From a virus: DNA of 64,000 bases. Under the pieces are notes generated by a model that ran no database searches, was not told the origin of the DNA, and saw only the letters and a program-made list of their open reading frames with translations. A program made the translations under genes and the position numbers. Within the stretch, counting starts at the first letter, position 1; each line of letters begins with the position of its first letter. The stretch is from the IMG/VR virus record IMGVR_UViG_3300031576_000008, positions 32,001 through 96,000 of that record; one strand, written 5' to 3'. Shown here piece after piece: positions 9,298-18,768 of the stretch.

Positions 9298-9298
9298 G

Positions 9299-9766
9299 CT
9301 ATTTCTCCTTAGAAATCCACAGCCGATATCCAGTGCCATTAGGCTGTTTCATTTTCGTCAATGTCGATTTGCGGATGGGTTTTGCCCTGCCACGAACGAT
9401 GTTACATGCCTGACATACGGGCGTCACTTCAAGAGGCCGATTGTAGTCGCGATGGTCATACATCGTCGCCTTAGTACCGCAATCCGCACAACGTATGCGC
9501 CCGTTGAGCTTTGGCAGATGCCCTGCCTTGATCGCGGAAGCCACAATGGCCATTGCGATGTTTTGCCCATCGTGATAACAACCCCGGCACATACGTCGGA
9601 CGCCGGGCTGCTCAAATCTCATATCCCACTGTTGCCCGCAAGTCCGGCAAAAGAAAGATTTTTTTCTCCAGAATGGACTCTTGCACTTCGCGCAGATGCG
9701 GACTGGCCACGTTCGAGGGGTCCAGCGATGCTTGCACCGAGCACAGGAAAGAGTTACGAGCTTCAT
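9299..9766 (-). CDS. HNH-like/zinc-finger endonuclease
   Basis: CADC...DHRDYNRPLEV..VCQACN plus N-terminal CxxC pairs; lower GC than neighbours. Confidence 0.6.
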   Translation of the reverse strand: MKLVTLSCARCKHRWTPRTWPVRICAKCKSPFWRKKSFFCRTCGQQWDMRFEQPGVRRMCRGCYHDGQNIAMAIVASAIKAGHLPKLNGRIRCADCGTKATMYDHRDYNRPLEVTPVCQACNIVRGRAKPIRKSTLTKMKQPNGTGYRLWISKEK

Positions 9767-9776
9767 CAGACTATCT

Positions 9777-9807
9777 GAGCTTACTCTAGAGTAAGCTCGA
9801 TCGTCAA
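9777..9807 (-). promoter_or_regulatory. putative promoter with overlapping 22-bp perfect palindrome
   Basis: GAGCTTACTCTAGAGTAAGCTC at 9777-9798; TTGACG-18-TAAGCT on minus strand. Confidence 0.45.
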
Positions 9808-9955
9808 GATCTAAATTGACGGCTGGCGGAGATGGACCTCCGCCAGCCGCTGGAGAAACGAGGGGCATCCGGTGTCGGCTTCCCTCTAAGGGTGCAAAGA
9901 GAGGAGATTGACTCAGATACCCAAAGAACGAGCATCCGGCCACACGCCGGATGAA

Positions 9956-10417
9956 CTAATCAACCATGAGCACCAAGACCATGATAGCCCAGACCATCTT
10001 CTGGATGCCGGGCGACTTCGACTCACGGTTGCCTGCGACATTGATGGTCTTGATGCGGTGGGACTCGACCCATGTCTTGATGCGGGCAGGAGCCGCTTCA
10101 GCGTCCTTGGTCAGGTCGATCCACAGAGACGGCTTCTTACGCTCTTCACAAAGACGCATGGTGAGAAGGCTGCCGCGCTCCAGTACGCCGAAAGTGAACA
10201 CGACCGTGCCATCCGACTCGGCCACATTCCTGCGCGTCCGAGGAGGATAGTCGACCGAGTCCATCTCGGTGAGCTGATAGCGATCTGGGATTGGTCCCGT
10301 TTCCGAGCGCCGGCCGCTTGGACACCAACCTCCATGAGGTACGCCAGCATCGATGGCGGCATCAAGACCGCCTTGATCCGCCCCGGTCTGGCCGCCTGAG
10401 ATGATCTTCTCGATCAT
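9956..10417 (-). CDS. putative molybdenum carrier / SLOG-family protein
   Basis: KIISGGQTGADQGGLDAA, GGWCP.GR, RT..NV..SDGT, INVAGNRES. Confidence 0.85.
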   Translation of the reverse strand: MIEKIISGGQTGADQGGLDAAIDAGVPHGGWCPSGRRSETGPIPDRYQLTEMDSVDYPPRTRRNVAESDGTVVFTFGVLERGSLLTMRLCEERKKPSLWIDLTKDAEAAPARIKTWVESHRIKTINVAGNRESKSPGIQKMVWAIMVLVLMVD

Positions 10418-11082
10418 GGCGATGGTGCCTCTGGCGGCTGCCCATGCTTGGGCTTTGAGTAGAAGTGACCCAAGAACTGGGCATAGCTCTCGGAATCGAT
10501 TTTCTTGGCCATATCGATCAAGCTAGCGTAGGGCTCCGAGACAAAGAGATGGATCTTGGACTGCGGGGCGATCATCGAGTTCTTGTAATGATCCACGACG
10601 AGCACCGAAAGAATGAGCAACTCGGGCGGTATGAGATCGGCGTGGCGCAAGCCCTTGATCGCCAGATGATCGAGGCAGAAACACGCCATCTGGCGACGGT
10701 AGTCCTTGGCGACCGTTTCCGGCATGGTCGCAATCTTCTGGTTCAGCCCGTTGATGATCTCCTGAAGCTCGCCGACTTCCTCCTCATGCGCGGTTCTGAC
10801 GGTCCGCAGATCTTCATTCAGGTTCTGGGTCTCGAGCGTGAGCTTATCGACGGCCGCCTTCATCTCGGCTTCCTTGGCGGCGATCGTCTCCTGCAACTTC
10901 TGCGCCTCAGACTGCATCTTCTCCAACGCCTCGCGGGTCGCAAGCGCCGCGCCAGACAGCTCACGAAGCTTGTTGACGTGGGCGGGGCAGAAGCATCGCT
11001 CCTCTTCGATCAGTCGCTTGATGAGAGTCGAGGTGAGTTTCGTGTACTCGCGCGGGCCATCGTCTTTGGTTTTCTTGGCCAT
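10414..11082 (-). CDS. coiled-coil hypothetical protein
   Basis: 222 aa with heptad-like central region. Confidence 0.6.
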   Translation of the reverse strand: MAKKTKDDGPREYTKLTSTLIKRLIEEERCFCPAHVNKLRELSGAALATREALEKMQSEAQKLQETIAAKEAEMKAAVDKLTLETQNLNEDLRTVRTAHEEEVGELQEIINGLNQKIATMPETVAKDYRRQMACFCLDHLAIKGLRHADLIPPELLILSVLVVDHYKNSMIAPQSKIHLFVSEPYASLIDMAKKIDSESYAQFLGHFYSKPKHGQPPEAPSP

Positions 11083-11091
11083 GGCTGGCTC

Positions 11092-11856
11092 CTAGGGGTT
11101 CGGCAGTCCATCCTTCTTGATCTGCTCCAGTAGATACTCGTCGTAGATCTTCCCGGTCGGGAGCTCCTCACAAACCAAGGTCATGCGCCGGGAGACCGTG
11201 ACCTCCTTCTTCAGCTTGGGATTGAATCCTTTCTTCAGGGTGCTGGCCCAATGGATGCCGGTCCCGTTGCGCTGCCATGCCGGCAGACGCGCGAAGTTGA
11301 CTCCGCGCTTGAAGAGAAGCTCGTTTTTGAAATGCGGCCCCTTGTTGAGCAGTTCCTTCGACGCGGCCGCCGCAGATTTTCCCTCGTTCCGGAGCATCCA
11401 GTAGGCCCAGCCATTGAGCGCGCAGCGTGCCGCATCCGCCTGACGCCAGCGGAAGTAATCCACGACCTGCTGATCCCCGATGCCCAGCCAGATGCGGCTG
11501 TCGAACTCGAGGGCGCAGTGCATCTGAAGCGTCATCTGCGAGGTCGCGATCGCGGCCGAGATCGACACGAGCTTCTCGACTTCCCTGTCGAACAGGTCGG
11601 CGTTCCGCCGCAGGAGCACCGAGATCTCGTCGCTTTCCGTGTAGGCATAGAGGCCCGAGAGCTTCTGAAGCAGGACGTTGGCCGTCTCCACCATCATGCG
11701 ATGGAAGCGGTCGTCGAAGGGCTTCTCCATCGTCTCCGTCAGCTTGCTGAAGCTGCGGCCATCCACCCGGATGACGATGTACGCGTCGTCGATCGCACGC
11801 AGGGAATGGAAGTATTCGCCCAGACGCATCTTGGCCTCGAACAGGTCGGGATTCAT
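11092..11856 (-). CDS. thg1: tRNA(His) guanylyltransferase Thg1-like 3'-5' polymerase
   Basis: RVDGRSFSK, KPFD, YTESDEIS, FDSR, YFRWRQ.DA.R; AGGAG RBS before MNPDLFE. Confidence 0.92.
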   Translation of the reverse strand: MNPDLFEAKMRLGEYFHSLRAIDDAYIVIRVDGRSFSKLTETMEKPFDDRFHRMMVETANVLLQKLSGLYAYTESDEISVLLRRNADLFDREVEKLVSISAAIATSQMTLQMHCALEFDSRIWLGIGDQQVVDYFRWRQADAARCALNGWAYWMLRNEGKSAAAASKELLNKGPHFKNELLFKRGVNFARLPAWQRNGTGIHWASTLKKGFNPKLKKEVTVSRRMTLVCEELPTGKIYDEYLLEQIKKDGLPNP

Positions 11857-11930
11857 GGATGATCTCCTAGAGGAAGCCCCGGGCCCGTTGGGGGCGGGCC
11901 CGGGGCAATTGAGAGAGGGAACTAGCTTGG

Positions 11931-13022
11931 TTAGGCCCCGGCGAGGATCTTCTCCATCGGGGTCGCGAGGACCTTCGCGCCGGCGTCCTCGTACATGTTC
12001 TTGTCGTCGTCGGACAGGTTCTCCCCGTGGACCTGATACGTGACCGCCTGCACGAGACCATAGCGCGTGAAGTCCTTGTCCTTGATGAACTTCTCGCGGA
12101 TCCTGTCGATGGCGCTCTTGGGCAGCTCCGCCAGCTCGACAACCGCCTCGACGGCCTTGACCGGATCGGTGACCTCCTCCTTTTTCGCACCATTCAACTT
12201 GGCGATCACTTCCTCGAACTTCGCGGGATCGAAGGCCGTCCGGATGATGTCGCGGACCTTTCTCCACGTGAGATTGTCGTCCGCTTTCTTAGTGTCGTCC
12301 GACATCCAGCCCTCTTCCTCGATCTTGCGACCGAGGTGGATCTTGGTCAGGCCCTCATCCCAGACATTGAGGTTCCAGCACACGTAGCGAAGCGTCGCCG
12401 GACGCACCTTGAGCTTGCCCTTGCCCGTCTCGGAATTGCCGATCGAGATGGCGGCCACGTGCCGGTCTCCGGCTTCCCACTTGTATCCCGGGCGGTCTTC
12501 CTTGACCTCGCCGGTGATGCCCGGCGCAACGGCGTAGATCCGGAACTCATCATCGGAGAGCCGGGCCTCCCAGATCTCCGCCTTCACTTTCTCGAGCTCC
12601 TCGACCGAGACCATGAAGAGGTCGAAGTTGTCGAGCGTCTTGTAGCTGTTGGACAGGACCGCGCGCACGCGCCCGTCCAGCGTCCGCACCATCCGCTTCT
12701 GGGGGTCGGTGTGCAGGAGGTGCGTCGCGAAATGGGCGAGCTCCTCGCGGTTCTTGGGATTCGTCTCGACCCGGCTCCAGAAATCGAGCGGGAAGCGCAT
12801 CGACTCCGCCAGCTGCGCGCGGCCGGTGCGCGTGAATCCGTAGACCTGCTTGTCCTTGTCCTCCACGTCGAACGTGAAGACGAGCTCGTCGTCGGCGACC
12901 TTGAGCCTCATCTTGCGGGTGTCGCCGACGTAGTCCTTCGACGTCTTCTTGCGGCGCTCGATCTCGGTCATGATCCTGCCGATGCGCTCGCGATCGAACG
13001 TGAGTCCTGCCATGTCGACCAT
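11931..13022 (-). CDS. DUF932/DUF945-like phage protein
   Basis: RAVLSNSY..LDN, IGNSETG.G, R.VC.N motifs. Confidence 0.75.
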   Translation of the reverse strand: MVDMAGLTFDRERIGRIMTEIERRKKTSKDYVGDTRKMRLKVADDELVFTFDVEDKDKQVYGFTRTGRAQLAESMRFPLDFWSRVETNPKNREELAHFATHLLHTDPQKRMVRTLDGRVRAVLSNSYKTLDNFDLFMVSVEELEKVKAEIWEARLSDDEFRIYAVAPGITGEVKEDRPGYKWEAGDRHVAAISIGNSETGKGKLKVRPATLRYVCWNLNVWDEGLTKIHLGRKIEEEGWMSDDTKKADDNLTWRKVRDIIRTAFDPAKFEEVIAKLNGAKKEEVTDPVKAVEAVVELAELPKSAIDRIREKFIKDKDFTRYGLVQAVTYQVHGENLSDDDKNMYEDAGAKVLATPMEKILAGA

Positions 13023-13061
13023 GAGTTCTCTCCAATTGGGTTGGTGGTTTCTGGGCCAGCA

Positions 13062-13718
13062 CTACGCGGCATGACGGATGCCGATCTCCCTGAGCTTGGT
13101 CTCACCCTCCTTGCCAGACTTGATGAGGAGCAGCTGCGCGATGAGCGTGTCCACCGGAGGCATGTTCAGATCCGCGTGGATCAGGCAAAACCGCTCCACG
13201 ACCTTATTGCCCTGTGGACCCGCCATGACGTCGATTTTGTGACTGGGCCGCAGGCGGTAGCGGATGCCGGAGATTCCACGAACTTCGAGGAACCCCCGCT
13301 TCTGGAAGCTCTTGTACGTCTTCTGGCCGATGACGCTCTTGAGCAGGATCAGTGCCTTGGCATTCGCTTTCGCGATGCGCTTCATGCGCTTCTTGAGCCG
13401 GCGACGTGCCATCCTCGAGCGGCGGGTAGGCGACCCAAACTGGAATGGATAAAAGCTGGATGCGACATGAGTCGAGATGATGGCATGGTACTGAATGCTC
13501 TCGATCTGCATCGGGGCGACGACATAGTCGCCGGCCGTCCCATGGTTGACCCAGAAGTTCTCGTCATGCACGTAGAGAGTGGACGCGTCCCCACTATTGC
13601 AGACAAACTCGTGCGTGGCATACATCGTGTCCGCCATCCAGCTTGTACTTGCGTCGTAAACGTAGCGGACGGACGTGGTCTGACCTCCGAACGCCGGGAA
13701 TCCCGTAAGCGCCGTCAT
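13062..13718 (-). CDS. hypothetical protein with C-terminal Cys-containing domain
   Basis: Start after GGAGG; FCLIH...PPVDTLIAQLLL. Confidence 0.6.
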   Translation of the reverse strand: MTALTGFPAFGGQTTSVRYVYDASTSWMADTMYATHEFVCNSGDASTLYVHDENFWVNHGTAGDYVVAPMQIESIQYHAIISTHVASSFYPFQFGSPTRRSRMARRRLKKRMKRIAKANAKALILLKSVIGQKTYKSFQKRGFLEVRGISGIRYRLRPSHKIDVMAGPQGNKVVERFCLIHADLNMPPVDTLIAQLLLIKSGKEGETKLREIGIRHAA

Positions 13719-13720
13719 GA

Positions 13721-14041
13721 CTAGCCTCCACGCACAGGCGGGGACATCACCAGCCGTTCCGCGAAAGGATCGAAATCGTTGATCATCTCGCCCTTCTTTC
13801 CGTCCTTGTCGAGCTTGAACGAGAGATAGCCCTCCTTCTTGAGTCGGTAGAATTCCTGCTTGGCGTCCTCGGTCTCCCACGGATTCTGCGGGTTCCACTT
13901 GACCGTGAGATCGCCGGACTTTCCCATGACCGCCATCTGGCCCATCGTCTCCTCCTTCTTTTCGGGCATCAGCTCTTCGAGGCGTGCCTTCTGGCATTCC
14001 GGGCACGTGCAGTCTTTCACAGATTTGAATTTGGCCATCAT
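13721..14041 (-). CDS. small protein ending in Gly-Gly
   Basis: C-terminus ...LVMSPPVRGG*; AGGAGG RBS. Confidence 0.7.
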   Translation of the reverse strand: MMAKFKSVKDCTCPECQKARLEELMPEKKEETMGQMAVMGKSGDLTVKWNPQNPWETEDAKQEFYRLKKEGYLSFKLDKDGKKGEMINDFDPFAERLVMSPPVRGG

Positions 14042-14454
14042 GCTCCTCCTTCACGCATCGTGTTGGAAATGGCCACAGTCAGCTTGAGCTTGGGATACTG
14101 CGTCTGGATCATCTTGGCGACGGTCACGTACATCTCATTGGCGATGCCGACCATCCTCGGCTCGTCCAGAGCGTCAATGCCGTTGATGACAAGAGACGAC
14201 TGCAGGAGCGCCAAGATGTACCCTTCGATCGTGATGGCGATGACCTTGAGGCGATGGCGTTTCTCGCGCGCCGACAGGCCCCGTTCCTTCTTGATCTCGG
14301 GATAGTTGAGGGCCGCCTTGACGATCTGGTCATGCCAGAACTTGACCGTCTGCCGCGCAAGGCGTTCGCCAATCGCCTTGGTCCTCCTCTCGAATGCCTC
14401 CTGATTCAAACCGGGCCTCCTTGAGAGATATAAAATTGTGACCGGGCTCGGCAT
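14038..14454 (-). CDS. hypothetical protein
   Basis: ORF coupled to the downstream gene. Confidence 0.5.
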   Translation of the reverse strand: MPSPVTILYLSRRPGLNQEAFERRTKAIGERLARQTVKFWHDQIVKAALNYPEIKKERGLSAREKRHRLKVIAITIEGYILALLQSSLVINGIDALDEPRMVGIANEMYVTVAKMIQTQYPKLKLTVAISNTMREGGA

Positions 14455-14480
14455 AGCCACGCCCGGTCGGAAGTTGTGAC

Positions 14481-15350
14481 CTACTCGCGATCGATGAGCG
14501 GCTCGATGTAGCTGGCCCGATCATGGCCGAGCACGCCAAACGGGAAGGGATCCGAGATCGGCAACCCGAAGATCTTCCGGCCCACGATGTAGTAGTGCGA
14601 GAGGAAGATCTTGATGGTCAGCCGGAGCGCCTTGGCGTGCTTGTGGGCATCGAAGCACGGGATCGGCTTCTTGGTCTTCTCATCGAGATGGACCTTGTGG
14701 CAGGGGCGCTGCTCGACCTCCTTGCGGAAATGATCGTAAAGCTTCCGGTAGGAATCGCCCTGCTTCACGAACTGGTTGCCGATCTTCCAGACGAGAACCT
14801 TCGCGCCCGGATTGTAGCCGAGCTTCTCGCCCCGCCGGCGGCGGTCCGCCTCCCCGATGCGAAAGAGCTGGCCCTTGCACTTGGGGCATCCATTCTCGAA
14901 TTCTGGCACATCCGCGACGGGGAACTCTTCCTTGCAGGCACCGCAGTGGTAACGGGTCGTCACGACCGCCATCCCGCAGTACTTCCAGACCGAGCTGACG
15001 TGCGTCGCCCGATAGAGATCGATCCACGCCAGAAGACCGCCCGACAGGCGGGGGCCGATGCCCTTGACCTTCGAAAGCCAGCGGTCATAGATGGGGTGGT
15101 CCTTGATGATCGCAAAGGACTCCTTCTCCATCCATTTCTCGTTCTCGGCATAAGATTCGTCGGCGTGGCTGTGGTACTCCTTGAGCTCGGCTTCCGTCGT
15201 GTCGGCGATCTCGCAGTACTTCTTGATGCGATTCGAGGTGGCGATGCGGACCTTCTGGAGATCGTACATCGTCTCCACGAGGAACCGAAGCTGGCCGATC
15301 TGCTTGGGCGGCAGATTGTTGACGGCCTGCAGGATCTCATTCTCGGCCAT
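14481..15350 (-). CDS. IS110/IS116-related Nop-like protein lacking the RuvC (DEDD) domain; TasA-like
   Basis: DLQKVRIATSNR coiled coil; LSKVKGIGP, SSVWKYCG, YNP..K, YR.LYD motifs; CGAC...CPKC insert; AAGGAG RBS. Confidence 0.7.
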   Translation of the reverse strand: MAENEILQAVNNLPPKQIGQLRFLVETMYDLQKVRIATSNRIKKYCEIADTTEAELKEYHSHADESYAENEKWMEKESFAIIKDHPIYDRWLSKVKGIGPRLSGGLLAWIDLYRATHVSSVWKYCGMAVVTTRYHCGACKEEFPVADVPEFENGCPKCKGQLFRIGEADRRRRGEKLGYNPGAKVLVWKIGNQFVKQGDSYRKLYDHFRKEVEQRPCHKVHLDEKTKKPIPCFDAHKHAKALRLTIKIFLSHYYIVGRKIFGLPISDPFPFGVLGHDRASYIEPLIDRE

Positions 15351-15412
15351 GTAGAACTCCTTTGTTTGGAAATGGCTGCGGGAGTATGGTTGCTGATGTG
15401 CCGTGGTGCGCG

Positions 15413-15688
15413 CTAGAGGATCTGCCACTGACCATCCGGGCGGACGGTCATGCCATTGACGCAGGGCCACGAGATGTGGAGATCGCGGAACCAACGGACG
15501 GCCAGACGAATGCCGCTGCAGCCGTCCATCTTGCAAATCCTCTCGCCATCGAGGACTCTGCCCTTCTGCTTCCCGTCGCGGGAATAAACAAGCTTGGCCT
15601 TGGGATTCGAGTTCACGAACATTCCCCCAAGGCCAAGCGGCTTCATGGCATCGCGGACCTCGTCGATGCGACGCCGGATGACGTGCAT
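15413..15688 (-). CDS. hypothetical protein
   Basis: 91 aa, GGAG RBS. Confidence 0.5.
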   Translation of the reverse strand: MHVIRRRIDEVRDAMKPLGLGGMFVNSNPKAKLVYSRDGKQKGRVLDGERICKMDGCSGIRLAVRWFRDLHISWPCVNGMTVRPDGQWQIL

Positions 15689-15689
15689 G

Positions 15690-16094
15690 CTAGGCTCCCT
15701 TCTTGCGATCCTCGGCCCTCATGGACACGGCGACCGCCTCGTAAAGCCGGAACGTGCACCGCAGGCACGACCTCTGATGGACTGCTTCCTTGGATTTGCG
15801 GTTCCGACTCGCCCGCTCAAGACCATCGATGTCAAGGCAGCTTTCGGTCTCCTGCGATGGATGCAGATGGCGAAACCGGGGAGGCAGCTCAATGACGGCC
15901 ACCGCCTTCACCTTCTGCGAGCATTCGTCGCAGACTCTGACACGGACCGCCAGATCGATGATCCAGTCCAGCCATTCGTTGCTCACGCAACGCGGCGGTC
16001 GACAGAACGCGCGGATCGACTTGAGAACATCCGCATGATCGACATGCAAATGGGCCATGTAGTTTCGCTCCTTTCTTCGAAGTTCCCTCTCCAA
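15690..16094 (-). CDS. hypothetical protein
   Basis: CDEC and CLRC motifs; start uncertain. Confidence 0.45.
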   Translation of the reverse strand: MERELRRKERNYMAHLHVDHADVLKSIRAFCRPPRCVSNEWLDWIIDLAVRVRVCDECSQKVKAVAVIELPPRFRHLHPSQETESCLDIDGLERASRNRKSKEAVHQRSCLRCTFRLYEAVAVSMRAEDRKKGA

Positions 16095-16294
16095 AGAAAG
16101 GTTACCCGATCAGTACCCGCGAGAAGCCGGTCTTCGACGCAACCGAGAAACGGCGCGGCTTCTTGCGACGCATCATCAGCCGGATTTTCCGGAGCGCATC
16201 CCGTTCGCTCTTCGCGCGGATGCGCACCGCCTGCTCATGCAGGCCGGCAATGTAAACCATGAAGTACGGCATTCGATATCTCCTTTCTGGAGCA

Positions 16295-16669
16295 TCATGG
16301 CACTCCCCTCCTCCGGGGCCGGATCTTCCTCTGCTGGACAGGCAGGGGCGGATACGGCCATGTCATCTGTTTGTCCTTCGCCTTCTGGACAGCAGCCTTG
16401 GCGGCCTTCCTGTCGGGTGGAAGCGTAACGACGACATTCTGGGCGACCATGGCGTACTGCTTCTTCACGTGTGTCTCATACTCCATCCGCTGCTTCTTGG
16501 TCGTCGGCGGATACGGCTGCAAACGGATGGGCGGGAGCACGCGGACCTCCACGTGCTCCCGCCCCGACTGACCCCAGCAGAATCCGATGAGCGGCACGGA
16601 ATTCCACCACCAATCCGTCCGCCCACAGAGACTGCAGGGTCCCACCGCCTTGTTTCTTAAGTCGCTCAT
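16295..16669 (-). CDS. hypothetical protein
   Basis: ATGA-coupled ORF. Confidence 0.5.
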   Translation of the reverse strand: MSDLRNKAVGPCSLCGRTDWWWNSVPLIGFCWGQSGREHVEVRVLPPIRLQPYPPTTKKQRMEYETHVKKQYAMVAQNVVVTLPPDRKAAKAAVQKAKDKQMTWPYPPLPVQQRKIRPRRRGVP

Positions 16670-16932
16670 GGACCTGTCTTCGAGGCCTCTTTCCGCTCAC
16701 GGAGCTGCTCCTGCCGCTCCTTGATCTGGCGGTACTTGAGACCGTCGATCGAGATGTGGAAGAACTCCTTGTTGTCGCCGGCGTTGTCACCCTCGTCGTC
16801 GAGCATGATGACGATCGCGATCCCCTTGTACTTGATGACGGCGATGAGCAGCTCCTCGTCGGTGGGCGACTCGCTCTTCGCCTCGTTCTCGTCATCGCAG
16901 ATGATGACCTTCGCGGGGAATTTGAACGACAT
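16666..16932 (-). CDS. hypothetical protein
   Basis: GGAGG RBS, typical codon use. Confidence 0.6.
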   Translation of the reverse strand: MSFKFPAKVIICDDENEAKSESPTDEELLIAVIKYKGIAIVIMLDDEGDNAGDNKEFFHISIDGLKYRQIKERQEQLRERKEASKTGP

Positions 16933-16947
16933 GATTGCCTCCGGTGG

Positions 16948-17214
16948 TTAGTAGTAGCCCCCGAGTTCCGGGGTCGGAACCGAGGAGAATCGCGCCCGTG
17001 TGACAAGCGAGCTGACACGGTCCCATTCGGAATCCGTGATCACTTCCTCATCACAAAGCGCCGCCCCCGTCCACTTCACGTACTTGCGGATCGTCTCGTA
17101 GAGATGATCGTTGGACGGGTTCCGCCGCAGCATGCTCGTGGCATTGGTCAGCACGCGGTAGAACTTGAGCCGCTTCAGGGCGCGCCTGATCGGATTCTTT
17201 TCAGGCTCCATCAT
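16948..17214 (-). CDS. hypothetical protein
   Basis: AGGAG RBS. Confidence 0.55.
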   Translation of the reverse strand: MMEPEKNPIRRALKRLKFYRVLTNATSMLRRNPSNDHLYETIRKYVKWTGAALCDEEVITDSEWDRVSSLVTRARFSSVPTPELGGYY

Positions 17215-17224
17215 GGCATGACTC

Positions 17225-17992
17225 CTAGATCAGCGCGGCGGGGAACCTCGTCGCGATCGCGCCAACCAACATCCCGTTCTGCGCCTCGAAATTCTTGATC
17301 TCGCGGCGGACGACCAGCCGGTCGTGCTCGCTCTGGGCGATGATGGTCCCGGAGATGTCGGCGGAGATGAGGCGGTCGAGGAAGTCGCTGAACTCGCTGC
17401 AGACGCCCACCTCAACCGCGAACCGGCGCTGATTGTCGTCCTGACGGTCCTCTTCGCAGAGCTTGTCCTCTTCGAACACCTCGTCGGCGATCTGCTTGAC
17501 AAGGTGCAGCTTGGCGAGCTGGTGCACGAGGACGACCGTGTCGGCCATCATGTCGATCTTGATCTGGAAGGTCACCGAGTCTTCGAAATCGTTGTCTCCG
17601 ATGTCGGCGACCTCCTCGGGTTCCGGTCTGGCGTCCGGCACGCGCATGACATCGGGATCATTTTCCTCAGCCTCCTCGATGCCGAGCGCATCGAGCTCCT
17701 CGTCGTTCGCGTACATCTCATCGGATCCGACGCGGCACGGGGCGACGTCGAGCTTCCTGAGCTCGTGCGAGGCGCGCATCATGAGGTCGTACTCGATGCG
17801 GGTCTCGTCGGTGGACCGGCCTTCCTTGATGATCTTCATGAGCTCCCAGACCCGCTTCTCGATGATCGCGAGATAGCCCGACAGTCCGATCTCGCCATCC
17901 CAGCCCTGCTCCGCCGCGATCTCCTTGACCCGCGTCATGAGCTTGTTCGCCTTCTCCTCGTTCTTCAGGAAGGCCGCTGCGCTGGCGTTCAT
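17225..17992 (-). CDS. acidic hypothetical protein
   Basis: AAGGAG RBS before MNASAAA. Confidence 0.65.
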   Translation of the reverse strand: MNASAAAFLKNEEKANKLMTRVKEIAAEQGWDGEIGLSGYLAIIEKRVWELMKIIKEGRSTDETRIEYDLMMRASHELRKLDVAPCRVGSDEMYANDEELDALGIEEAEENDPDVMRVPDARPEPEEVADIGDNDFEDSVTFQIKIDMMADTVVLVHQLAKLHLVKQIADEVFEEDKLCEEDRQDDNQRRFAVEVGVCSEFSDFLDRLISADISGTIIAQSEHDRLVVRREIKNFEAQNGMLVGAIATRFPAALI

Positions 17993-18222
17993 CTTGATTT
18001 CTCCTTTTTGATGTTCTTGAAAAGGGGCCGCACTTCCAGCGGGAGGAAGTAGAACCAAAGGGGTCTCCCATTCACGTACTGATAGGGATGCAGATAAGCG
18101 GCCATGGCCGCCTCTATCGCCATTTTCTGGAGCGCCCTCTGGTAGGCTTCCTCGTATTCAGGCATCAGTTCATGGCGCGGCTTCTTGCACTTAGATCTCA
18201 CAAGAACAGCCATCACGGCCTC

Positions 18223-18600
18223 CTAGACGCCGATCTCGCGTCCGATCTCTTCTTCCCTCCAAAGCGATTCTTCGACCGTCTCTCCATTGGGTCCCTTGAG
18301 CGCAAGGAAGAAACAGGGTCCGCTGGACCATGGCTCCTCCTGCACGAACTCCACGTAGATCCGCCCGTCCGGCAGGATGTAGCGATGCAGGTCGTACTCG
18401 ATGTCGAACATGCCGTAGAACTTCTCCCCGGACAACTCACACTTCACCGGGCTGCCATTCACCGGCCGAGGCCCGATGGTTTCCTGACTGCCGTCCGGAT
18501 AGATGCGGGTGATCGTCTCGGTGTAGAACAGCTCTTCCTTGGCTTCCAGCAGCTTCTTGGCACGCTCGCAAAGGCCGATGATCTGGTCAGACCGGCTCAT
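18223..18600 (-). CDS. hypothetical protein
   Basis: AAGGAG RBS; EPWSSGP motif. Confidence 0.6.
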   Translation of the reverse strand: MSRSDQIIGLCERAKKLLEAKEELFYTETITRIYPDGSQETIGPRPVNGSPVKCELSGEKFYGMFDIEYDLHRYILPDGRIYVEFVQEEPWSSGPCFFLALKGPNGETVEESLWREEEIGREIGV

Positions 18601-18768
18601 GTGCTCACTCCTTCTCCGGCGCGGGCTCTTCACGCTTCCTGCTGAAGAGCGAGAGAATCCACGCCCCAATGAACTTCCTGAATCGGACGACGAATCCGAT
18701 GCCAGCCACCGAACTGGTGGCCACCGTGACGACGCAGTGCGGTCAGAGAGCCATGATTCCCCCTCCAA

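Noticed and set aside
12027-13724. Long antisense ORFs (also 38001-39341, 47073-48719, 28816-30147 and others)
   Set aside because: Shadow frames of GC3-rich genes on the opposite strand.
14481-15536. Autonomous IS110 insertion sequence
   Set aside because: No DEDD/RuvC domain and no non-coding ends long enough for a bridge RNA.
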